This document shows positions 56,972 to 64,000 of a DNA stretch of 64,000 nt, in pieces (position 1 is the stretch's first letter; the number at the start of each line of letters is the position of its first letter). The notes beneath the pieces were generated by a model. That model was given only the letters and a program-made list of their open reading frames with translations, was not told the origin of the DNA and did no database searches. This DNA is from Planctomycetota bacterium. Lineage in GTDB: Bacteria; Planctomycetota; Planctomycetia; Pirellulales; JADFKK01. The DNA lies in assembly GCA_022564995.1 (NCBI GenBank), contig JADFKK010000003.1, forward strand, positions 3,933-67,932, written 5' to 3'. The position numbers and the translations under genes are program-made.

Positions 56972-58012
56972 TCACGTCCGAGTAACTCGCTTCCGTCGCC
57001 TGCCAAAGCAGCAGACACCAATCAGGCCAAGGGCGGCGAGCATCAACGTCGACGGTTCCGGCACCGCCTCGCCCAACGCCGCTTCCGGCGAACCTGCCGG
57101 TCCGGGTCCGGTCCAGTCGGCGAGCAGCACGGTGAGGTCGTCGAAGTTGACCACGGTGATCAGCGGCTCCACAAGATTGCCGTCGGCGGCGGTGACGTCT
57201 TTGTTCCAGTTGGCAAGCAGAACGGTTAGGTCTTCAAAGTCGACAAATCCGTTGCCCGTCAGGTCGCTGGTGAGTCGTCCTGGAAGCGATGTAATCGAGA
57301 AGTTGTCGAATTCCGCGCTCTGGGCGTAAAGCTGGATTCCGATAAAACCGGACTCGTACTCGTCGTCAAATCCGCTGATGATCGTCTCATTGCCCGTAGC
57401 TACGTCGAGCGACGTGAAGGTGAAGTCGCCGTCGACCACTTCAAGCGTCCAGTGGATCAGCGAACCTTGCGGATACGGGATGTACTCGGCCGGGTCATCG
57501 ATGACCGCCAACAACTCGTACCACGGACTCTGATTGTCGATGCGTTTGTGGGCAATGACCATCGGACCGTGATGGCCATCGAGTGGCGGCAACTCGGGCC
57601 AGCGGTCGTTCATCAATTGAATGCGATAGTGTTTTGCCAATTCTTGATAGCCCCAGACGAACCCCATGCCATCGTTGTCGTTTGCGACGACATCCACCTC
57701 GGCTCTGAAATTGGTAAACTCTTGTTCCTTGAAATAGATGATCGTTCCCAGCATCATGTGATCTTCGACATCTCCCCAGATGTTGGAGCCTTGGTAAAGC
57801 GCGTTGCCATCCAGGCCGAGTTGACTCGGTCGAATCTCCCAGGTGGACGGCCCCAATTCGCCCAGGCTAACGTCGTCTACGATCTCCCACGCGCTCAGGT
57901 CACCATCTTCAAAATCAACAGACACAGATTGTCCCAGTGCCGCCGGAGCAGCATAAAGAAATACCGTTAACACACAAGAGCCACAGAGACGCAGAAACCG
58001 CGCAGTTTTCAT
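56972..58012 (-). CDS. Concanavalin/LamG-like beta-sandwich protein with dockerin-like and PEP-CTERM tail
   Basis: Signal peptide; DNDGMGFVW, SGFIG, FDNF; DLTGNGFVDFEDL; VPEPSTL, TM and RRRKR. Confidence 0.85.
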   Translation of the reverse strand: MKTARFLRLCGSCVLTVFLYAAPAALGQSVSVDFEDGDLSAWEIVDDVSLGELGPSTWEIRPSQLGLDGNALYQGSNIWGDVEDHMMLGTIIYFKEQEFTNFRAEVDVVANDNDGMGFVWGYQELAKHYRIQLMNDRWPELPPLDGHHGPMVIAHKRIDNQSPWYELLAVIDDPAEYIPYPQGSLIHWTLEVVDGDFTFTSLDVATGNETIISGFDDEYESGFIGIQLYAQSAEFDNFSITSLPGRLTSDLTGNGFVDFEDLTVLLANWNKDVTAADGNLVEPLITVVNFDDLTVLLADWTGPGPAGSPEAALGEAVPEPSTLMLAALGLIGVCCFGRRRKRVTRT

Positions 58013-58335
58013 AGCGCTCCCCTTTGCACGAGGAAAGTTAAGAGACCGAAAACCATCACACCCGCATTCGTTGCAGACTTGCGGCGTTGCCTAGATAGCC
58101 AGCGCCAACCGATCCAAAAAGTTCTCAAGAAAAGACCCACCTGAGTATACCAATGGGGGAAACCCAGTGCAAAGGAAAGTTGCTAAGCGGCCGGTGGTCG
58201 ACCGCTTCAGCGATAGATCTCCACCCCGACGACGCGCACCGATCGTCCCTGATAGATCACCTCATCGCCGGCCCGGACGTCACGCAGCCGGGCCCGCCCG
58301 ACCAGCCGAAGGTCCGGCCGGCTGCGCGCAGACCG

Positions 58336-59706
58336 CTACACTTGACTCGGCTTCGGCAATCTCGCCTTATTGGCCTGGATCACGTAGGCAGCGACCGGCT
58401 GAGAAGCTTCCTTGCGTAACGTCGCACGACGGACTCTTTCCAGCGTGAATCCTTGAGCAACCAACATGCGCGTCACATAATCGACGCCGTGGCAATAGCG
58501 ACCGTTGGCGTTCAATCGAAAGTCGACTCGCTCGCTGTCGTCCGCTTCGGCCTCGAGCGTGAAGATCAACACGGCATCGTCTCGTAGGACTCCGTGCGCG
58601 GCGGCGAAAACCGGCGCGAGGTCGCCGAAATAATTGAGCGTGTCGGCCGCACACATCAAGTCGAACTCTCGCCGATCGGTCCGCAAGAACGACGTCAATT
58701 CCGCCTCGACCAAATCGTCATACAGATCGAGCTGTCGAGCGCGTGCGAGCATTTTCGCCGACAAGTCGACCCCGACGAGCGTGCGGGCGAAGGGCCTCAG
58801 ACAAGGTCCGCATAGGCCGGTGCCGCAGCCCGCATCCAAAACGTCCTTCGAGGCACTAGGAGCGTCGTAGACATGGCCGATGGCCTCCTTGATGAGCTGT
58901 GGCCCCCGATAGTCCAGGTCGCTGAACGCTGCATTGTACGTGTCGGCGTATTCGTCGAAAACCTGGCGGATGTAGTCATCCGATGCGCGGGCTGGGACAC
59001 GATCCTCTGAACAAGTAGCGAGCATGTGTTGTGCCACCGGGTTATCGGGATCGTGAATCAACCATTGCTCGAACGCTTCGCGGGCCTTATCGAGTCTACC
59101 GGCCGACCGCCATACGGCGGCCAGATTCCTCCAGGCATCAACAAGTCGTGGGTCAAGTGCGATCGCCTGGCGATATGCGTCCGCCGCCTCATTCCATTTA
59201 CGCAGCTTTTTCAGCGCGTTTCCCAAATTGCAATGCGTCCCCGGATTTTGCGGATTCAGTTCGATGGCTCTCTCATACGATACGACAGCGTCGTCAAGTC
59301 GATCCTGGTCCTTGAAGACAATACCAAGGTTGTTGAAAGCGTCCGCATCATCCGGTTTCAGCTTCACCAACTTGGCGAACCACAAGGCCGCCTCGTCAAG
59401 CTGCCGCGTCTCTCGCAGAACATTGCCCAGGTCATTGATGGCCGCCGAGTATTCATCTCGATTGGCGATTGCCCGGCGAATCAACTTCGCCCCTTCGAAG
59501 GAATCTCCCCGCTGATGCAGAATCACACCCAATAAGTGTAGCGCCTCCGCGTGGCCAGCGTTCCCGCTAAGCACACGGCGGTAGACCGCTTCGGCCTCCG
59601 CCAATTTGCCGTCTCGGTGCAGCGTCAATGCCTCTTGAAAACCGTCCCGTTCCAGGCGCGACGTTCCTCGGCGACGTTTGGCCACACGTTTCTTTTTTCT
59701 ACTCAT
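58336..59706 (-). CDS. TPR-repeat SAM-dependent methyltransferase
   Basis: About 6 TPRs (AEALHLLG, DAFNNLG), FDEYA, LDAGCGTG, GVDLS..ML, ADTL.YFGDL, GRY.H. Confidence 0.88.
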   Translation of the reverse strand: MSRKKKRVAKRRRGTSRLERDGFQEALTLHRDGKLAEAEAVYRRVLSGNAGHAEALHLLGVILHQRGDSFEGAKLIRRAIANRDEYSAAINDLGNVLRETRQLDEAALWFAKLVKLKPDDADAFNNLGIVFKDQDRLDDAVVSYERAIELNPQNPGTHCNLGNALKKLRKWNEAADAYRQAIALDPRLVDAWRNLAAVWRSAGRLDKAREAFEQWLIHDPDNPVAQHMLATCSEDRVPARASDDYIRQVFDEYADTYNAAFSDLDYRGPQLIKEAIGHVYDAPSASKDVLDAGCGTGLCGPCLRPFARTLVGVDLSAKMLARARQLDLYDDLVEAELTSFLRTDRREFDLMCAADTLNYFGDLAPVFAAAHGVLRDDAVLIFTLEAEADDSERVDFRLNANGRYCHGVDYVTRMLVAQGFTLERVRRATLRKEASQPVAAYVIQANKARLPKPSQV

Positions 59707-59977
59707 CGGCCAGACCCGCTTAAGGGGCAGCGAAGACGTCAAATGCCTCGGACCATTGACCCTTTGTCGTTCGGGCGAAGCCACGAATCGGAGCGTATCA
59801 CGCCAGCATGACAGAAGCAACGAGACACGAAGCTCCCAGGCGTCGCTCAGTGGACGATCGGCAGGCAACCCAGGTCGGAACACCTTGATATCACCAGCTC
59901 TCAGAATCGCTCTGAGGCGTTCGGCTCTTTGACAACTAGGTAGCGTCGCCGGCGGATGGTAACTCGGGGGCGCGTTG

Positions 59978-60018
59978 AAACAAAACGAGCCGGGGCGGCT
60001 GGTGACCGTTCCGGCTCG
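59978..60018 (-). terminator. Intrinsic terminator after the LamG PEP-CTERM gene
   Basis: mRNA CGAGCCGG...CCGGCTCG followed by TTTTGTTT. Confidence 0.6.
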
Positions 60019-60043
60019 GAGGTGGTTGGGGTAGTGGTGTGGT

Positions 60044-60904
60044 TTACCTACGTCGTCGCCGGGTGAAGCCTAGCAGGCCCAGCAGGCCCAAGGCGGCGAG
60101 GACGAGCGTCGAGGGTTCCGGAACGCAGTTGCCGCCGCCATTTGGTGTTGACACCCCAGTGAACAGGCACGCAATCAACCTGGCCGGGAGCGCAAAATTC
60201 CAGATGGCGATGTCATCGATCAAACCATCGAAGTCCTTGTCGTCGCCGCCGATCCGGTTGCCAAGGGTGAGTCGGTTGTCGTTGGCGACGTAGACCAAGC
60301 CACCCTCGTTCGCGCCGGCGTCGAGGTTGCCGTTCAAGAGAATCGGATCGCCGAAGGCAAGCCCGTTCACGTAATGCTGGATCGTGCCGTTACCTGCGTC
60401 ACCCTTCGAGTCGAACACGCTGGCGAGGTGAGTCCATTCCGGCTCCAAAACGAGACCCGTCGACTGAGCGTGGTCGGCGTTGTTGATGCGATTGGTGATC
60501 TCTCCGTTGCGAAGACCATACTCCAACACACCGTCCTTGGAGAGTGTGTAATGGCGGCGGTTTCCATCGGGAACGACCGTAAAGGCTTTAACCCACATCG
60601 AGACCGTCGAGGCGGTGGCGCCTTCTAACAGCGGCAGGTTGCCGAAATCAACCACCTGATCCGGCATCGCGAAGTCCAGCGCTTGTCCCGCACCGAGAGG
60701 GCCGGGGGTGTCGTTAGTAAAAAATGCGTTGATCACACCTCCAGCAGCAGGGTCGGGAAACATGACTCCGGCGATGTCCTCGGCCTCGTTACCGTCGATC
60801 GGCACATAGAAAACCAATTGTGGGTGAAATCCTGCCTGTGCGATGCCGACCAACGAAGCAAGAACTGCAACAACAACGCTCGCTGCAAGAGTTTTCTTAA
60901 ACAT
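60044..60904 (-). CDS. LamG-like PEP-CTERM protein
   Basis: Signal peptide, TVSMWV, WTHLA, YVNG, FDGLIDDIAIWN, VPEPSTL, TM and RRRRR. Confidence 0.88.
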   Translation of the reverse strand: MFKKTLAASVVVAVLASLVGIAQAGFHPQLVFYVPIDGNEAEDIAGVMFPDPAAGGVINAFFTNDTPGPLGAGQALDFAMPDQVVDFGNLPLLEGATASTVSMWVKAFTVVPDGNRRHYTLSKDGVLEYGLRNGEITNRINNADHAQSTGLVLEPEWTHLASVFDSKGDAGNGTIQHYVNGLAFGDPILLNGNLDAGANEGGLVYVANDNRLTLGNRIGGDDKDFDGLIDDIAIWNFALPARLIACLFTGVSTPNGGGNCVPEPSTLVLAALGLLGLLGFTRRRRR

Positions 60905-61310
60905 GTTACTAGATCCCATTTGTGACGAGCTTAAAACCAACTTGTTTATTGACGAACAACGGCCGCCGATGGCCACGGGCTACGAGACTTTTGCATTAAC
61001 ATGCACACACTACGTCCGGCTAGCACGCCAACGAAAAAACGCCTGCGACCTCAACGCTGACAAGCCGAGAGCGAATGCCGGCTCAGTGAACGTCAAGATT
61101 GCAGGCGTCTTTAACTAGCGATACGCACGCAGGATTGGAATGGTGAACTCTCCTGATTTTAATCGCCAAATTCCCCCAACGCTACTACATTGTGAACAAT
61201 TCGTCAAGAAAACTCCCGATCCGCTGATTTCGCAGCCAACGCCCCAGCTTCGCCCCTGTTGCACGAACGACAGGCAACGCAACTCAGAACCCGTCGGGAA
61301 TCAGCGGGGC

Positions 61311-62678
61311 TTAGAACGCCCGTCGTCTCCGCCGCCGGTAGAAGCTCAAGCCGAGCGTGGCGAGTAGGGCGAGCAGCAACGACGATGGCTCCGGCACCGC
61401 CTCTGCGCCCAACGCGGCTTCCGGCGAATCAGCAGGTCCAGGTCCGGTCCAAGCGGCCAACAGCACGGTCAGATCATCGAAGTTGACCACGGTCGTTAGA
61501 GGCTCCACAAGATTGCCTTCGGAGGCGGTCACGTCTTTGTTCCAGTTGGCGAGCAGAACGGTTAGATCCTCGAAGTCTACGAAGCCGTTGTTGGTTAGGT
61601 CGCTGATGATCGGTTTGGGAATCGGCGTCAGTCGCGGCACAAGCCGGATAAATCCCGCGTCGTTTTCCGTAATAATCAGATCGCCGTTGGGGGCCAGGGT
61701 GACGGCCCGCGGCTCGCTGATTTTCTCGCCGGGGGAGGAGAGTGGCAGCCCGTCGCCGTTGTGGACATCGCCGGCGCCGTCGACGAGCAAATGGATGATG
61801 CCGGTCGTGTCGACGTACCAGACCTGATCGTCGCGGTGCGTGGCCAGCAGGTAGCCGCCCTCGGGCGTAAAGGAAATGCCGCGAACCTCGTTCAATCCGG
61901 TGTCCAAGGCCGACTGTCCGTCGCCACCGCCTGTGTCGGTCCCGTTGCCGGCGATCCTTTCCTTCGCACCGCCGGAGGAGATTCGATACACCGCGTGGGC
62001 GCCTCGATCGGTTACCACTAAACTGCCGTCTCGTGGATCAACGTCCAAGTTCCCCAGGCTGGCGAAACCGTCGGCGTAGGTCGTCACGCCGCCGCCGGGC
62101 GTCCACGATCGCACGCGCGTGTTTGACGAATAATAGACCTGCGACTCGTCGGGGCTGACCCACAGTCCGCGGCCGATCGCGATTCCTTCGGGATCTTCGA
62201 ATAGCGTGGTTAACATCCCGTCGGTATCAAGGCGGCGGATTCGCGCATTGTTCAAGTCGAGAATATACGTTGTGCCGTCGCCGAGAGTGAACAACCCGTT
62301 GGGAAACGCCAGTTGCGCCGTCGTCGCCAGTCCGTCACCGTTGAAGCCCGCCACACCCGTACCCGCGACCGTGTGAATCGTCCCGTCGGGCGTTACCATG
62401 CGAATCGCGTGGGCGTCCTTGTCGGCGATGTAGAGATTGCCGTCCCAGTCGGCCATTGTCATGTGAGGCCGTGACAGCTCGGCGAACACCGCGGGCCCGC
62501 CCTCCATAAACGCCTGCCAGCCGTTGACGCCGCCGCCGCCGATGAGCCCTGTGCCGGCCACGGTCGAAAGATCTCCGTACTGAGCGAGAAAATCGTCAAA
62601 CTCACTGCCCAGGGCGGGGTGCGCCGACGCCGCAGGGACCAAGATGCCGGCAAGCAGAAGAATCAAAAAAACTCTCAT
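61311..62678 (-). CDS. NHL-repeat beta-propeller with dockerin-like and PEP-CTERM tail
   Basis: Signal peptide, GNLYIAD, TVAGTG..GFNGDG, VPEPSSL, TM and RRRRRR. Confidence 0.88.
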   Translation of the reverse strand: MRVFLILLLAGILVPAASAHPALGSEFDDFLAQYGDLSTVAGTGLIGGGGVNGWQAFMEGGPAVFAELSRPHMTMADWDGNLYIADKDAHAIRMVTPDGTIHTVAGTGVAGFNGDGLATTAQLAFPNGLFTLGDGTTYILDLNNARIRRLDTDGMLTTLFEDPEGIAIGRGLWVSPDESQVYYSSNTRVRSWTPGGGVTTYADGFASLGNLDVDPRDGSLVVTDRGAHAVYRISSGGAKERIAGNGTDTGGGDGQSALDTGLNEVRGISFTPEGGYLLATHRDDQVWYVDTTGIIHLLVDGAGDVHNGDGLPLSSPGEKISEPRAVTLAPNGDLIITENDAGFIRLVPRLTPIPKPIISDLTNNGFVDFEDLTVLLANWNKDVTASEGNLVEPLTTVVNFDDLTVLLAAWTGPGPADSPEAALGAEAVPEPSSLLLALLATLGLSFYRRRRRRAF

Positions 62679-62922
62679 GTCGGCATCCCCATGACCCGGC
62701 GGTCGATGATCACATTGCTGCACTTCAGTATAGCCACAATCGCCGAGCGGCCAAAAGATACGATGATCTCAGTCAATCCGCCCCGCCAGATGATGACGCT
62801 GCGGGAGACTTCGTTGCGCCGCGGTTCAAGGTGGAGCTGCAGCGCGTGGCAGGTGTCGAGGGTGACGTTGCGGGCGGCGTGTTCGTTGAGGAGCATGGGA
62901 GTAAAGGCGTGTGAGGCGATCG

Positions 62923-64000
62923 TCATGCGACGTAGCGTCCATCGTCTGTCTGGCGGGCCTGGCCGACAGCGACGAGCGTGTCGAGAAGCTCCTCGACCTT
63001 GTCTTTACGGGCACGAGTAAAGTGCTTGGCGATTTCGACGTGGGTGGCCGGAGTGGAATGCTCGGTGAGTGCGGAACGAACGGCACTGATCCGCTCGGGC
63101 AACGACGTGGGCCACTTGCGTTTCTCGATCTTGGCTGGAGTTTTGGCAGGCTTCGTTGTATCCACGTCCAGACCCAGTGTCTTTTGGGTTTCCTTCGCGC
63201 CATCCGGGTTTTGGACTTCAGGCCGCAACCAGCGAATATGCCCCTTGGCTTCCTCGGCCGCCCGCTCGTGATTCAGGTCGACAAGACGTTGGAGGATTTC
63301 CTCGTCCTCTGAGTCGTGTGGCCAGCCGTAGGCATCGAACACGGCAGTATCGAGATCATCGTGGATCTGCTTGAGAACAGAGACGAGCCCCGTTTCGTGA
63401 ATCACACGGTCCTTCTTCGTCAGTTCCTCGCCTGCGCGAAGTTTTTCGAGGACGTTGTACATTCCGGTGATAGTCAGGTCGGGATGCGATTCCTGCTGCC
63501 GCTTGCGATGAGCGTCCAACTGCTCGCCCAGCTTCCGAATCGACTCCGCAGCTAATTCGTCGCCCGTAGGAAAGGGGAAACCTTCGAAGCTGATCGACTT
63601 AACGTAAGTTGGATCATTCCCCACACCGAGGCGACTACCAGTGACAAGAGCCCATACACAATGCGGCCTGCCCGAAAGAACCCCGAGCATGTACGCATCA
63701 CTCAAACCAAACACGATAAGCTTGCTGTCTGGCAAAATCTCCTTTTCCAGAAACACAAAGAACCTGTGCTTTGAAGTCTTTACCGTAGCAATGAACCGCG
63801 GGATTCCCTTGCTCATTGCCCGCCACTGCGGACTTGCCTCACCAAATATCCACCAGTTCTTACGTCGGGATTCCCTTGGATTAACATCGCGATTTGGTTT
63901 TACTCGATCAAAAACCCATTGATAAACCTGTGGAAATCGATCGCGCACTTCGGAATCTGTAAGACCATAGAGATCCAATGCAAATACCCCCCGTGCTCTT
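62923..64000 (-). CDS. MmeI-like (type IIL/IIG) restriction-modification enzyme, C-terminal part; 5' end outside the window
   Basis: RVKP.R, WWIF, RFIAT..TSKHRFF.F, GVLS.R.H..W, DPTY...FE.FPFP, TGMYN.LEK, HDDLD.AV..AYGW, LN.ERA.EE. Confidence 0.85.
   Translation of the reverse strand, partial: RARGVFALDLYGLTDSEVRDRFPQVYQWVFDRVKPNRDVNPRESRRKNWWIFGEASPQWRAMSKGIPRFIATVKTSKHRFFVFLEKEILPDSKLIVFGLSDAYMLGVLSGRPHCVWALVTGSRLGVGNDPTYVKSISFEGFPFPTGDELAAESIRKLGEQLDAHRKRQQESHPDLTITGMYNVLEKLRAGEELTKKDRVIHETGLVSVLKQIHDDLDTAVFDAYGWPHDSEDEEILQRLVDLNHERAAEEAKGHIRWLRPEVQNPDGAKETQKTLGLDVDTTKPAKTPAKIEKRKWPTSLPERISAVRSALTEHSTPATHVEIAKHFTRARKDKVEELLDTLVAVGQARQTDDGRYVA

Larger units (their letters stand above)
51636..64000. 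mobile_element. Decayed integrative element / genomic island adjacent to tRNA-Cys; right end outside the window or unresolved
   Basis: Integrase next to the tRNA, arm-like repeats, phage pseudogenes, lower-GC patches and an RM gene. Whether the PEP-CTERM genes are inside the island is inferred. Confidence 0.65.

Noticed and set aside
57056-61605. Diversity-generating retroelement template/variable repeat pair
   Set aside because: Both copies are coding tails, the differences are not adenine-specific, and no reverse transcriptase is present in the window.

Overview
High-GC bacterial DNA, very probably Planctomycetota (Pirellulales-like). The evidence is 'LRIESLEAR/FETLEARRLLA' planctomycete extracellular N-termini, ECF-linked kinase N-domains and dockerin-like/PEP-CTERM proteins. 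The window has three zones. (1) 1-18.6 kb, accessory signalling region: a partial ECF sigma factor, a TPR membrane protein, an exported protein, nested repeat elements and prophage remnants, then a co-oriented trio of a giant FG-GAP/PPC surface protein, a transmembrane Ser/Thr kinase with a DUF4384-like ectodomain and a secreted, membrane-anchored TPR-CHAT protease, followed by a small Cys-His gene pair. (2) 18.7-51.6 kb, mostly housekeeping: imuA-imuB-dnaE2, recO-bamD-lptE-folP, a PIN pair, csp, cyclophilin, pyrK, rluB, lysC, valS, cimA and tRNA-Cys, with many REP/MITE-like palindromes, several of them translated in frame inside proteins. (3) 51.6-64 kb, a decayed integrative element next to tRNA-Cys: tyrosine integrase, phage pseudogenes, PEP-CTERM cargo and an MmeI-like restriction-modification gene that runs off the window. 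Best candidates for undescribed biology are the FG-GAP/kinase/CHAT proteolytic signalling module, the coding palindromic insertions in the SOS mutagenesis cassette and LptE, and an Ile/Val leader-peptide attenuator upstream of cimA. All family assignments come from motifs read by eye; no database searches were run.
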